A DNA stretch of 64,000 bases from Candidatus Poribacteria bacterium (GCA_965222225.1 CBDCTK010000002.1:2368001-2432000); one strand, 5' to 3'; positions 50,500-61,869 are shown, counted from the first letter of the stretch. Program-made: numbers and translations. The notes: generated by a model not told the origin, from the letters alone.

Positions 50500-52404
50500 T
50501 CATTCACTCAGATAATTACGAAACCAACGTAACTTCCGTTCGAGGCGGTCTTTGTACCCGCGTTTATTTTGGAATAGGTCGTGCCCTTCGTCTTTGTACA
50601 GGACATACTCAACCGTTTTGCCGGCACCCGCAAGGCGGTTTGCGTACATTTGAGCCTCGATGGGCTCATCATGCTCCCCCTGAAAGAGTAAGACGGGGGT
50701 TTCAACCTGTTCAACGTAGCAGATACCGCTCGTCAAAAACCAATCTGGGATGTCTAGAGTGGCTTTCCATTTGTCATCCTCACGGACGGCGTTCCGTCCT
50801 ACATGAAAACCAAGCTCGAACAGATCCGTGTAGCCGTAGCTTCCTCCAGAAAGCACGGCTGCCCGGAATCGATTTGTCTGCCCGATAATGTAGGCACCGA
50901 GAACTGCGCCGTAACCGTGACCACTAAGCACAATCCTTGACGGATCGCATTTCCCGCTTGGGGCAAGCCACTCAATGCCGCTCATGACATCTCTGTAGTT
51001 CATGTCTTCAGTGGGTGGCTTAACATATCGATACTGCTGGCTACCGCGAAAGTCCGGCGCAAAGATTTGAAAGCCCTGTGTGGTCAACCAATTCCACTCG
51101 AGATCGCTAATCGCCTGGGCTGCCCCGACGGGACCGCCATGTAGAAAAACGATGGTTGGACGTTCCAGGCTCATTGGCTGACCGCAGGGGGAAACAACCA
51201 CGCCTTCTAGGACCAAGCCATCATACGATTGCCACTCGACAACTTCCGACATCGGTAGTTGGTATTCATCAAGTTCGTCTGAATAGTGAGTGACTGCCTT
51301 TGATTGCCCCGAATCGAGCGAGATCGCATAGACATCTCGAAGGTTATTTAGACCCTCCCAATGGATTAGAAGTGTTTTTCCGTCTTGACTAATACCCCCA
51401 AGATAGGTCCAACCAGTCCAGTCTACAACCTCTTCGGTACGTTTCGTAGCGGTATCGACACAGACCACCCGATGGCTCAATCCCTTGAGGCCGTTGAAGT
51501 ACAGTTTCCGGCTATCGTGACTCCAATATGCGACTTGGTCACACCAATATTCTTCGCTCAATATCTGTATCTGGTCTGAATCCTGCTCCATCATGGCGCA
51601 CACAAGCCGGACTTCAACCGGGTATGGCGAATACCCAAAAGCCAGTTTCTTCCCGTCAGGAGACCATTTCACCAACACCATCTCGCCAGCGCCGGGGCCA
51701 ACGCGACTCTTTGTCTTGCTGTCTCTGAGGTCAATATCAAAGAGATGATAATCGAAAACCCAATGTCCCGTTTCAACAGAGAACTTCTCGGTGATTTCGA
51801 CCTCAGTCGATGGACGGTCGGAAAGAACAGTCAGCCAGTCGCCGGACGGATGCCAAGCGACGCACTCGTAAGTTTCCTTGGGGTCTGACGATGCCTCAAA
51901 GGTGACGGCTCCTGTCGAAACTTCAAGAACCACAAGAGCATCGGCGCTCGTAGGGGACGACAAATTCACGGCCTCAATGCCTTCCGCGTCCTCATTTGAA
52001 CCGGAGCCTGTCTCTTCCGAATCCCGTTCGACAACCGCAGCCAAGGACTTTCCGTCAAAAGACCACTCAAGGGTATGACCGCCATACGTCCACTCTCCGG
52101 TTTTCACCGAGCCTATGCTCTCACCCAAATGCCGCTCGGCGCCATTCACGCGTCGAATGAAGACACCGGAGTGGTTTGATTTCAGATAAGCGAGCACATC
52201 GGGATCGGTAGGCGACCACCTAGGGCAATCTCCAACAAAAGAGGTCTCGAGGCACCATTTTTCCAGATTGAAAATGGTGATGTTTCCCCCATACCTGTAC
52301 GCTGCCCGCTTTGCATCCGGCGAGAGATGGCATCTACCGCGGGTAACCCCTGAAAACGGAAAGGATAGCACGTCATCAATAGTAAATGATTTGCGCATTC
52401 CCAA
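50500..52404 (-). CDS. S9 (prolyl oligopeptidase/DAP-like) family protein, nucleophile Ser replaced
   Basis: WS.DG propeller repeats, HGGP, P.FRGS, G.D and EGH; GHGYG where G.SYG is expected. Confidence 0.82.
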   Translation of the reverse strand: MGMRKSFTIDDVLSFPFSGVTRGRCHLSPDAKRAAYRYGGNITIFNLEKWCLETSFVGDCPRWSPTDPDVLAYLKSNHSGVFIRRVNGAERHLGESIGSVKTGEWTYGGHTLEWSFDGKSLAAVVERDSEETGSGSNEDAEGIEAVNLSSPTSADALVVLEVSTGAVTFEASSDPKETYECVAWHPSGDWLTVLSDRPSTEVEITEKFSVETGHWVFDYHLFDIDLRDSKTKSRVGPGAGEMVLVKWSPDGKKLAFGYSPYPVEVRLVCAMMEQDSDQIQILSEEYWCDQVAYWSHDSRKLYFNGLKGLSHRVVCVDTATKRTEEVVDWTGWTYLGGISQDGKTLLIHWEGLNNLRDVYAISLDSGQSKAVTHYSDELDEYQLPMSEVVEWQSYDGLVLEGVVVSPCGQPMSLERPTIVFLHGGPVGAAQAISDLEWNWLTTQGFQIFAPDFRGSQQYRYVKPPTEDMNYRDVMSGIEWLAPSGKCDPSRIVLSGHGYGAVLGAYIIGQTNRFRAAVLSGGSYGYTDLFELGFHVGRNAVREDDKWKATLDIPDWFLTSGICYVEQVETPVLLFQGEHDEPIEAQMYANRLAGAGKTVEYVLYKDEGHDLFQNKRGYKDRLERKLRWFRNYLSE

Positions 52405-52479
52405 ATTCTTTACAGTGTTGAACGCATAGGGTGACTAACTAGTGTGTTTGCTCGTGGAGAAAAGGTTTGTAAACTCCAA

Positions 52480-53311
52480 CTAAAAACCGTTCTTCAGTTT
52501 CCCCCACGTCGTTGAGAGCTTGTCCCCCGGTTCGACGGCTAGGAATACACCTCGGGCGTTTTGCACGACCTGAGCCGGAGTCAGCGCCTTATCATAAACG
52601 CGCACTAGGGAGAACGAACCGTTGAACGTCCGACGCCGTTCACTATGAGAATTCGCGCCGATGGATATTTCATTGATAGGCAATTTTTCATTCCAATCGA
52701 ATCCTCCTTGGTTGCTAATCTGCTTACCGTCTTGATACGCCACAATCGACTTTTTGTTCTCGCCGACAAGCGTGATCCACGTCCACACATCTTGCTCCAA
52801 CTGAATCTTGATCGCTTCCGGGGCTTGTTTGGTGCCCTTAGCGTGGATCGAGATGCCAAGTTCATCTCCACCGCCGAGTAACCAAAAGCGAATCCCTTGA
52901 GCGCCTTCTGCCGGGCTGTTTTGGAAACCGGCGAAGTGATGTTCCTCCACAAAAAGATTGCCGTTTCGCTTGCAGAGGAACTCAAAAGTCCAGTCCGCCA
53001 GAAACAGTTTAGGATTCTTGTTGACGGGACCGCCGAAGGTTTGTTTTGATGCCTCCGCCGTGTAATACATCGCCTTCCGCTCATTGATGCCGAGGCGTGC
53101 TATTTTGATTGTACCTTCTTCGAGTTTGGGCGCCTTGTCGGCGGCAGACAGCGAACCGCCAGCTTCGCCCAGGTTTTTCCAAGCCTTGGGGTGATCGGAG
53201 TTGTCGGAGGCGTCGAGGAAGAGCACGGCGCCCGGGACAGCGTCGGCGAATGCAATGGTGCACGCCGCTGCCATGATAAGCATTGCGGTGAAGGTTGAAA
53301 TAACGCTTCTC
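52480..53311 (-). CDS. LamG/concanavalin A-like secreted protein
   Basis: Signal peptide; W....LV...Y.DG...IGA...F.GS...VRVYDKALT; C-terminal AVEPGDKLSTTWGKLK. Confidence 0.85.
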
Positions 53312-54082
53312 ATTTTAATTTTCTCCTATGTTAGGTGTTTCGTGTCAAGATTTTGTATATCAGAATCAGTAGGCTTACGGAGCCTAGTACAAATTGATGC
53401 AGATTCTCAATAGTCGGGATTTGGCTACTTCTTCTCTTGAATGACGAACCCGATTACAGCTAAACTCTAATTATAACAAACGAATAACTGTATCATCAAT
53501 GTTTTCAGCGTTGTGTTCAGGGGAATCGCGTCTGGTTCTAAAGATATAGAGATTTTCAATCATCAAATCACAATGCGTAGGTTGGGTTGAATGCGAATCG
53601 CTATCAAGGACAATATAGGATCTGTTTTCCCATGACACAGCCTTGTGCGGAGACAGATGAAACCCAACACCACAATTCAACGCACGTGTTGATTATCTGT
53701 CGCCCCTCTGGGGCTATTGATGTGAAGTGAATTGGTGTTTCTACACACCTTTCGCCCTTCCAGGGCTTTTGTCGCGAGTACAACGCGCTCCTTCAGAGGA
53801 CATGTTGTGGATGAAGAGTCCATCTTCGATTTGATGGCTGTCGATTCTCCATATCGGATGGGATTGGCATAACGTAAGAATCCGGCGTTGGTTTCTTGAT
53901 GTCAGTTGGGCGGTTTTCTGTTAGAATAGGACATATCCATTGGCTCCGGTCAGGAGGAAATGTAAAGTTGGCTAGATAAACCGAAGAAACCGAGTTTTGA
54001 GGAAAAAACTCGGTTTCTACCCACGATTTCCGCTATTTCTTTGGCAGTCCCTCACTTAACGGTAAAACTAGGAACGTAACGC

Positions 54083-55063
54083 ATGTCGTCATCATTAAAT
54101 CTGCAATTCTCGTCGGCAGCCATACTTGAAGAACCGTTTGACACTCACAAGCCTCGGCTCTCCTTTGACGGGGCGACAGTTGATGAGTGGAGGACGTGGC
54201 GCGAACGGCTACTACCGGAGCTGTGGGAGCGATTCGGTCCCTTCCCCGACAAAGCCGCACCGCTCAAGCCGAAGATTGTCTCAACACAGGCGTTCGACGA
54301 ATTTACACACCACAAGGTGATTTATTCATCCAGAGCGGATGTGCCAATCCCGGCGCACCTGCTAATTCCGCACGGAATCACGGGAAAAACCGCCGCTGTC
54401 CTCTGCATCCACGGTCACGGGCGGGGCGGCAAAGAGGATGTCGCGTTCGGTTCCGGGGAGTACGGCGTTTCGTATGGAAGAGCGCTTGCGGAACGCGGTT
54501 TCATCACGTTATGCCCGGATAACGCGGGAATGGGCGAACGAGCGCACCCTAGCGGAGGCTGTGATTTCCTGTGGCGCCGTCTCAACCTGCTCGGTTACGA
54601 CCTCACGGGATACCGAGTCTACGACCTGATGCGCGGCGTCGATTATCTTCGTAGTTTGTCAGAGGTTGACGGCGATCGAATCGGAAGCGCGGGATTGTCC
54701 GGCGGTTGTTGGCTCGGCATGGTTCACGCCGCGTTGGACGAGCGCGTCAAGGCGGCGGTGCTGAGCGGTTTTTTCACCACGTTCGCACAGACCTCGTGGG
54801 TGGGTCACTGCATCTGCCATCATCCCAAGGGCATCGGCGACGTATGCGAGATGCCGGATATTGCCGGGCTGATTGCGCCGCGTCCAATCTTCGTTGAATG
54901 GGGAACCGAGGACACAAGCCGTCCTGTCCACCCCGCGTTTGAAATGGCGCGAAAGATTTATCGAGCTGCTGGCGCCGCGGAAAGCATCGCGCTCCATGAA
55001 TTTGACGGGGGGCATCTTTTCTCGGGCGAAAAGTCGTTGCCGTGGTTGGTTCGGAAGCTGTAG
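54083..55063 (+). CDS. Alpha/beta hydrolase (dienelactone hydrolase/acetyl xylan esterase-like)
   Basis: HGHG, GLSGG nucleophile, LIAPRP, D and GGH. Confidence 0.88.
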   Translation: MSSSLNLQFSSAAILEEPFDTHKPRLSFDGATVDEWRTWRERLLPELWERFGPFPDKAAPLKPKIVSTQAFDEFTHHKVIYSSRADVPIPAHLLIPHGITGKTAAVLCIHGHGRGGKEDVAFGSGEYGVSYGRALAERGFITLCPDNAGMGERAHPSGGCDFLWRRLNLLGYDLTGYRVYDLMRGVDYLRSLSEVDGDRIGSAGLSGGCWLGMVHAALDERVKAAVLSGFFTTFAQTSWVGHCICHHPKGIGDVCEMPDIAGLIAPRPIFVEWGTEDTSRPVHPAFEMARKIYRAAGAAESIALHEFDGGHLFSGEKSLPWLVRKL

Positions 55064-55288
55064 AGCGAATGAGGAATTGGTTGGGCATAGTTACAACGAT
55101 CTGAAATCTTTCTCAGTAATGAGGTAGCGCAGCTATTACCGGTCATTTGAACCGGGCTTTTCGAGTTTTTGTTGTCACCTGCTAAATACTTGTCGCCGGG
55201 CTGACACTTTCAAAGGCTGGTGCGCCGTGCGCACCCTACAAGAATTGGCACTCTCACAGATTGAATAGCGATTGAGAAGGAGGAATCG

Positions 55289-56314
55289 ATGAAAACACAT
55301 CAAATCACCTTTACCGAAAAGAATAGAGCCGAACTGCTTGAAGCCGAAATAGACGACCAACTCGCGCCAAACCAAGCCTTGGTCAAGGGGGAACATTCGG
55401 TCGTGAGCGCGGGAACGGAGGGAGCCGGTTACACGGGACTGGTGCAACAGATGCCGTTCGGAGGAGGCGGCGCCTATCCGATGACCACGGGCTACGGACA
55501 TCTCGGCGAGGTGCTTGAGGTCGGATCCGCTGTCACCATGTGCAAACCGGGCGACCGGGTGCTGAGTTTCTCGAATCACGCTTCTCTGGTGAAAGCGGAC
55601 GCCGCGCGATTCGCGTTACCGACGCCGAAGGACGCCGCCGGGGAGAAGATTGTCTACGCCCGTATGGCGGGCGTTAGCATCACGGCGCTCCGATCGTCTT
55701 CGGTTCAGCCCGGCGACACGGTTCTCGTGATTGGCTTGGGGCTGGTCGGGAATTTCGCGGCACAGCTTTTCCAGATGGCGGGGGCGGAGGTGCTTGCATC
55801 GGAGATTAGTCCGCTCCGAATTGAAATGGCGAAAGCGTGCAACATCAAGCGGATCGTGAATCCAAATGAGGTTGACTTGCACGAGTACGTCATGGACTGG
55901 ACGAAGGGTCAAGGGGTTCATATCGCGGTGGAAGCCATCGGCGTCAGCGAACTCGTGGCTGAGGCAGTGATGTTGACGCGGCGTTACGGTGAAACCATTC
56001 TGCTCGGTAGTCCGCGAGCAAAGGCGGTCTTCGACGCGACACCGATGCTATTGCGAATTCACCTCGAAGCCATCCGTATGATTGGCTCGCTGGAATGGCG
56101 GTGGCCCCCGCACGAAGTGGAACGGTCTAAATACAACATCGTCGACAACTACAGGCAACTGGTCGATTGGATCGCCGCCGACCGAATCGTCGTGGAACCG
56201 TTGCGAACACATACGGCGTCCCCGGCGGATTGCCAGGAGATCTACACCGGTTTGACTACGAAGCGAGATAAATATCTTTCGGCGGTGTTTGATTGGAGCC
56301 GTTTGGATACGTAG
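55289..56314 (+). CDS. Zinc-binding alcohol dehydrogenase-like (MDR) protein
   Basis: S.VSAGTE, GY...G.V.EVG, GDRV and GLGLVG; AGGAGG SD. Confidence 0.88.
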   Translation: MKTHQITFTEKNRAELLEAEIDDQLAPNQALVKGEHSVVSAGTEGAGYTGLVQQMPFGGGGAYPMTTGYGHLGEVLEVGSAVTMCKPGDRVLSFSNHASLVKADAARFALPTPKDAAGEKIVYARMAGVSITALRSSSVQPGDTVLVIGLGLVGNFAAQLFQMAGAEVLASEISPLRIEMAKACNIKRIVNPNEVDLHEYVMDWTKGQGVHIAVEAIGVSELVAEAVMLTRRYGETILLGSPRAKAVFDATPMLLRIHLEAIRMIGSLEWRWPPHEVERSKYNIVDNYRQLVDWIAADRIVVEPLRTHTASPADCQEIYTGLTTKRDKYLSAVFDWSRLDT

Positions 56315-56467
56315 GCAGTAGGGACTAACGATCTACCGAGCGAACAACTGAAGCGGGGAATGGTAGTAGGCACGCTCCGTCGTGCCGTAATCTGCACAAG
56401 GGATACGGAATGTGCCTACTACTGGCAACTTGGGCTAATTAAAATCCCATTGAAGACGGACCTCTAA

Positions 56468-58789
56468 ATGTCCATACCCTCCCTTATCACAACCTTAGTA
56501 ACCGCACTTGTCGTCGCAGCTGCCCCCGCTGAGGGATTCATCACGGCACGCGATCTGCTTGCGCCGGAGATGTTCCCCGAAGCGAGTTTCGGAATGGCGG
56601 TTGAGACGGTCAAAGACGGAGCCGTAGCACGGGTAACCACGACCGGGGGTATGTTCCGTATCCGCAAAGAGCTAAACGCGATCGAATGTGAGGGACGAAT
56701 TCCTGCGCCGCGTCAGGTCGCCACACTGAAGTTGCCTGCGGGCAGTTTGCAAGGCATCAAACTTGCTCATCACAGCTCGGGCGCGGCTGTTTTTGAGGGA
56801 GAGGGAACAACGCTACGAATTAACGGCGACTCGACCTTGATGGTTGCACCGGGTCAACACGGCGATATCAGGGCAGAACTCTCATTCCCGCCGGATTGCC
56901 ATTTTGGGGCAGGCGGCAACCACAACTTTTTTGATCCCAACGGCGGCATCAGTTTCTTTGACAATGGGGACAGCCCCGACCCGCAATTGGAATTGGAAAG
57001 CACACCCATCACTATAACTTGGGGTTGGCGTGCCGGGTCGGTCTTCTGGAGCGTGGTAAGCCCGCCCAAACCGTTCGACTGGGACGCTAGTTTCCAACAC
57101 TACGCGGGACAGGGATCCAGCCACTTGCGGTACGTTTATCCCTCCGACGGTGAGATTGACGGGGCGTCCAAACAGGCGAGTATTCTATTTTTGCATTCCG
57201 AAATGCTGTTGTGGAAGGCGTGGCAGACAAATCTGACGCCGCGCGACCCCGAAAAGTTGGCGCACGTCATCAAAACCGCCCATGATCGCGGAATGAAGGT
57301 AATTGTTTACACGACGCCGGTGTGGTTTCTAAAGAACACGCCCCGCGAGCGTGAGCAGCAGATTGATCCGACGCCCGGACCGATGGGCACGGTGCCTCAC
57401 TGGGGAAGACCGGACAACGCGGATCTGTTCTTCCAACAAATCTCCCGTGTATTCAAAGAGATGTCGCTCGACGGGTTCTATTTTGATGGAATCTACGGCA
57501 ATCCCGAACATCTCGCGGCGAGTTATCACCTGACCCGTGCGACGCGAGAACTGGTGGGCGACCACGGTATACTGATTTACCACGGAACGGGCGACACACC
57601 CAGCATTGGCGGCAGTCGAACCTACTGTCCTTCGCTGAACGCCTACTACAACTACATCTTGCGTGGCGAGGGCGAAGAGAAAAGGGCGGATCCGGAATAC
57701 GTACGTTATTTCCTGTCCTCGTATAACCTGAGCAACAGCGTCTGTTTATCGCTCTACAAAACCGACGAAATCCCCTCGGCGGATCAGATTGATTTAACGC
57801 TTCGCGCAAATGTGCGTTATCCGATGCCACTTGGTCTGCTGGTTGGGGACAGCCCCGAGAGGGCGCATTTTCAGGAGCACTACTTTTCGCGGCTGACGCC
57901 ATCACTTAAAGCGGAAATCGCGGGAGATCTCGCCCAGCGCACAGGCGCTCTGGAACGCAAACAGACTCGTGCACGAGCGCTCCGACGGCGGCTTGCGGAA
58001 GAACGCGAACTGGGCAAGCATCTTAAGCCGGAAGACTTCGTTGCGCCGAATATGCCGCTCCGGGGCGGATATTGGCGGTTCGGGGAACCGTACGGGCTGG
58101 GAGTGTTCGACAGCAGCGTTCCACAAATCAACGGGATCTTTGACGGCGGAGTCGTCAGGGATAAACCGACCCCTGCGCCATCCGTGCCGCGACTTGGACA
58201 CGTTAACGAGAATTCCATGGAGTTCGACGGCGTCAAGGGTTCATACGTCCGCATAGGTCGAGAGGAAGATCTTAACGTAGGCACGGAGGATTTTACGCTC
58301 GAAGCCTGGATTTATCCGCGAATCGTGAAGAGCGTAGGAAGTATGATGATCGCCGGGAAAAACGTCTCGGGCATAACCGATCCGCCGGATGTCGGTTATG
58401 TGCTAGGGCTATTCCCGCAATTCGGTCACCACAACCCCACGTATAAAGTCCACTTTGAGGGGAGGGACAGCCGCGATCTCACGCGGGTCGGATCCGAGAA
58501 ATCATTTCTTGTCGAAAGCCACGAGTTGGGTTTTGAGGAGTGGCATCACATCGCCGGAGTGCGCGACGATGAGGAAGTCAAACTCTACATTGACGGGATT
58601 CTGGTGGGGACAGCGCCCATCCCTAGACACTGGGACCTCTCCAGTAATCAGTTGTTCACTATCGGAGCGGGCCAAGCCAGCGCTCACGGCACGTTCGTTA
58701 CCAATTTTGACGGTTTAATTGACGAAGTGCGTTTGACAATCGGCGAGGCGCTGTCCCCATCACAATTCCTCAATGCGAAGACGGAGTAA
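56468..58789 (+). CDS. Secreted glycoside-hydrolase-like TIM barrel + LamG domain protein
   Basis: Signal peptide; AHDRGMKVIVY and DGFYFDG; C-terminal FTLEAWI...WHHIAGV...LYIDG...FDGLIDEVR. Confidence 0.72.
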   Translation: MSIPSLITTLVTALVVAAAPAEGFITARDLLAPEMFPEASFGMAVETVKDGAVARVTTTGGMFRIRKELNAIECEGRIPAPRQVATLKLPAGSLQGIKLAHHSSGAAVFEGEGTTLRINGDSTLMVAPGQHGDIRAELSFPPDCHFGAGGNHNFFDPNGGISFFDNGDSPDPQLELESTPITITWGWRAGSVFWSVVSPPKPFDWDASFQHYAGQGSSHLRYVYPSDGEIDGASKQASILFLHSEMLLWKAWQTNLTPRDPEKLAHVIKTAHDRGMKVIVYTTPVWFLKNTPREREQQIDPTPGPMGTVPHWGRPDNADLFFQQISRVFKEMSLDGFYFDGIYGNPEHLAASYHLTRATRELVGDHGILIYHGTGDTPSIGGSRTYCPSLNAYYNYILRGEGEEKRADPEYVRYFLSSYNLSNSVCLSLYKTDEIPSADQIDLTLRANVRYPMPLGLLVGDSPERAHFQEHYFSRLTPSLKAEIAGDLAQRTGALERKQTRARALRRRLAEERELGKHLKPEDFVAPNMPLRGGYWRFGEPYGLGVFDSSVPQINGIFDGGVVRDKPTPAPSVPRLGHVNENSMEFDGVKGSYVRIGREEDLNVGTEDFTLEAWIYPRIVKSVGSMMIAGKNVSGITDPPDVGYVLGLFPQFGHHNPTYKVHFEGRDSRDLTRVGSEKSFLVESHELGFEEWHHIAGVRDDEEVKLYIDGILVGTAPIPRHWDLSSNQLFTIGAGQASAHGTFVTNFDGLIDEVRLTIGEALSPSQFLNAKTE

Positions 58790-58813
58790 TCGGAGATGGA
58801 GGGCGTGTAGACG

Positions 58814-60253
58814 ATGGACGAGTTGATGCAAAAAGCCCTAGCTGCGGTTGGTGCGGAGGTGCCGAGAGCGGCGCGGGATTCGACGCGCCCCGTCTTTCAC
58901 TTTCGACCGGCGGCGCAGTGGATGAACGATGTCTGCGCGGCGTTTTTCCACGAGGGTTGGTACCACATCTTCTTCCAGTTCAATCCGTGGTCGGATGAGT
59001 GCCGAGGCTGCGGTTGGGGACATGCGCGCAGCAGAGATTTGCTGTATTGGGAATTCCTTCCCCCTGCCCTGCTGCCGTCGGAGGCCACTGGAGACAAGGG
59101 CAACGCTTCGGGAAGCGCCACCTTCAACGCCAACGGCACGCCCATGTTGTTCTTCGGGCGGACGCCAATCGAATATCCCGAACGACCGCGCGAACAGTGG
59201 GCGGCAATGCCGATGGACGACGAACTGATTCGCTGGCGCCGCATTGACATCGGTCTGGCGCCCGGAAAAAGTGGCGTTCCGATAGAGATTGATCCCATCT
59301 GGACGGACATGTTTGTGTTTCGCGCCGAGAAGCGGTGCTTTGCGGTTTTTAAGTCGAGCGACGGCCTCCTCTGCGAGGCGCAGAATGCGGAGCTCACTAC
59401 GTGGAAGGCGGTGGGAAGGATTGACGGTGTCGAGGGGGAGTGTCCGAATCTGTTTCCGCTTGAGGATCGTTACGTGCTCCTCCGTTCGACCTACCCCATC
59501 AGCTATCAGGTTGGCGATTTTGACCCCGAAACCGGGAAGTTCCGCGCCAAGAACGGGAAGACACACATACTGGACTACGCCTACGGCAGCGAACCTCCCG
59601 GTCAGTGGATGCTGAACCATCACAGACCTCGGTCTAAGGGATTCCACCGGGGGCTATACGGCACCACGGCGTTCAACGACCCCGAGGGGCGCTGCATACT
59701 GCTGGGCTGGGTGAGCGGGTTCAAGACCGGGCGCGGCTGGAACGGGTGTATGTCTCTGCCGCGCGTGCTGTCCCTGACGGATGAGGACAGGTTGGTTGGC
59801 GCGCCGTTGCCCGAACTGGCGGAACTACGTGTGGACGACGGAATATCTGTCGAAAACCTAGTCCTCCGCAATGAGACGAAGCGCATTGACGGGGTACAGG
59901 GCGACACGCTTGAAGTGTTCGCTGAAATCGCGCCGCAGGACGCGCACACTTGGGGATTGAAGTTTGCGGAGCCTTCAAGCGCCGACGAATCGCTCGTGAT
60001 TCGCGGGGAGGGCGATTGGTTGAATGTCGCTGGCACCGAGGTGCCGGGAATACGGTTCGGTGAGGGCGGGGCAGTAAAACTCCACATCTTCTTTGACCGA
60101 TCGGTGTTGGAAGTTTTCATCAACGATGGTATCCAAAGCGTGACGCGTGTGGTCTATCCCGATGAAGGGGAGTTGGGGGTGCATCTTTTCGCCGAAGGCG
60201 GCACCGTTATCGTGAAGTCCATGGGGATTTGGGAGATCAATAGTGTCTGGTAG
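58814..60253 (+). CDS. Glycoside hydrolase family 32 protein
   Basis: HF.P...WMND, YH.F.Q.NP, WGHA.S.DL, SGS, ECP, SLPR.L and D.SV.EVF. Confidence 0.9.
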   Translation: MDELMQKALAAVGAEVPRAARDSTRPVFHFRPAAQWMNDVCAAFFHEGWYHIFFQFNPWSDECRGCGWGHARSRDLLYWEFLPPALLPSEATGDKGNASGSATFNANGTPMLFFGRTPIEYPERPREQWAAMPMDDELIRWRRIDIGLAPGKSGVPIEIDPIWTDMFVFRAEKRCFAVFKSSDGLLCEAQNAELTTWKAVGRIDGVEGECPNLFPLEDRYVLLRSTYPISYQVGDFDPETGKFRAKNGKTHILDYAYGSEPPGQWMLNHHRPRSKGFHRGLYGTTAFNDPEGRCILLGWVSGFKTGRGWNGCMSLPRVLSLTDEDRLVGAPLPELAELRVDDGISVENLVLRNETKRIDGVQGDTLEVFAEIAPQDAHTWGLKFAEPSSADESLVIRGEGDWLNVAGTEVPGIRFGEGGAVKLHIFFDRSVLEVFINDGIQSVTRVVYPDEGELGVHLFAEGGTVIVKSMGIWEINSVW

Positions 60254-60369
60254 GATCGCCATCATTGTAGGGACAACCTCCTGTGGCTGTCCTAGTGAAT
60301 TGCACAGCACTGGTGCTTTCAAAGGCTGGTGGGCAATGCCCACCCTACATCTCAAGGAAAATATACGCC

Positions 60370-61869
60370 ATGAAGAATGAAAATACGCTAATACCTCAAC
60401 CGTTTCTGGATTGGTACGACATCTGGCCCGGGCAAGCCGGACGCGACGAGCATGGTCGAAGTTGGCTGGAAGCCCCGCCCCAAGGTGTACGTCTGCGGGT
60501 GCAACCGGCGCGGATGTCGGACATCTTTTTTCAGTCCGAACGTCCTTGGGAAGCGGGAGGTTTGGGTCCTAAGGTCATCCTTTTCGACGAGGGTCGCTAC
60601 CGCATGTGGTATGGAGTCGCCGCCTCTCCGGATTTCCACGAGAACTTCGTGTGTTACGCGGAGAGCGATGACGGGTTCGATTGGGTGCGCCCCGAACTGG
60701 GGATTTACGAATTTCACGGGAGCACGGCGAATAACATCGTCTGCGACCAAAACACATTCACTCTGAATGCCGTGTTCGTGGACCCGTCCGCGCCCGCGGC
60801 GGAACGCTACAAGGCAATCAACCCCGACTCGCAATACTATCTGCGCGGCGCGTTGGCGCCCGATACGGGACAAACCAAGCTGAAGATTCGGGAAATCCGG
60901 CGGCGGATGGAGTTGGAAGGGCATACCCCGGCGGAGATTGACGCCGAAGCGGATATTCGCCGAACGATGCGCGGGGCGGTCTCCCCGGACGGACTTCGTT
61001 GGAACGTGCTCGACGAGCCTTTGCTTGACGTGGGTAAAACCATGCTCGACACCCAGAACATCGCCGCTTACGATGAGGATGCGGGCGAGTATGTCGCTTA
61101 CCTTCGCGGGCACTTGGGACGCCGCCGCTGCGTCCGGCGGACGGGCGGCAGAGATTTTGGGGACTGGCATGAACCGCGGATGGTGATGATGCTGGATCCG
61201 CAGGATGAGCCGGACGAGGACATCTACACATCGGCATACTGCCGCTGTCCCGGAAGCAGGAGGCGCCTGATGTTCCCGTCGATTTTTCACCGCCTGGCGG
61301 CGACGCTCGATGTCCATCTCGCAACGAGCCGGGACGGATGGAATTGGAGCCGTCCGGAGCGGAAGCCTATCATTGGCTGCGAAATAGGGGATGAGGTGTA
61401 CGGCTGCGTCTTTGCCCGACCAAATCTGTTGGCGTTGAGAGACACATGGGGGTTGCCCTGTTTCTGCATCGACCAGCGTCACGACACATGGGGTGCCGGA
61501 CCCTACAATCAACAGGATTACCGCTGGGCGTTCTGGAAGCCGGATCGGCTGGTAGCGCTGGCGGCGACGGCAGAGGGTCAATTCACCACCATCAATCGGG
61601 CTTGCGAAGGCGAACAGATGTCTCTTAACTTCCAAACCCGGATCGGGGGATGGGTGAAAGTTGCGCTGGTGCATCCGCCATCCACGCCGCCGACGCCGGT
61701 GACCGAATTGGAAGGATTCGGCATGGATGACTGTGATCCACTGGAAGGGGATGAGGTCTCGAAGGCGGTGACTTGGAATGGGAGTGGCGATCTGTCGTCG
61801 CTGAAGGGACGGGACATCTGCGTGCAGATCCGCATGTCGCGCGCCAAGTTGTTTTCGATTGCGTTTTAA
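60370..61869 (+). CDS. Glycoside-hydrolase-like beta-propeller hypothetical protein
   Basis: YAESDDG..W.RP.LG, S.DG..W repeats; same C-terminal domain as 47456-49060; ATG 60370 preferred because upstream codons lie in a REP. Confidence 0.72.
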   Translation: MKNENTLIPQPFLDWYDIWPGQAGRDEHGRSWLEAPPQGVRLRVQPARMSDIFFQSERPWEAGGLGPKVILFDEGRYRMWYGVAASPDFHENFVCYAESDDGFDWVRPELGIYEFHGSTANNIVCDQNTFTLNAVFVDPSAPAAERYKAINPDSQYYLRGALAPDTGQTKLKIREIRRRMELEGHTPAEIDAEADIRRTMRGAVSPDGLRWNVLDEPLLDVGKTMLDTQNIAAYDEDAGEYVAYLRGHLGRRRCVRRTGGRDFGDWHEPRMVMMLDPQDEPDEDIYTSAYCRCPGSRRRLMFPSIFHRLAATLDVHLATSRDGWNWSRPERKPIIGCEIGDEVYGCVFARPNLLALRDTWGLPCFCIDQRHDTWGAGPYNQQDYRWAFWKPDRLVALAATAEGQFTTINRACEGEQMSLNFQTRIGGWVKVALVHPPSTPPTPVTELEGFGMDDCDPLEGDEVSKAVTWNGSGDLSSLKGRDICVQIRMSRAKLFSIAF

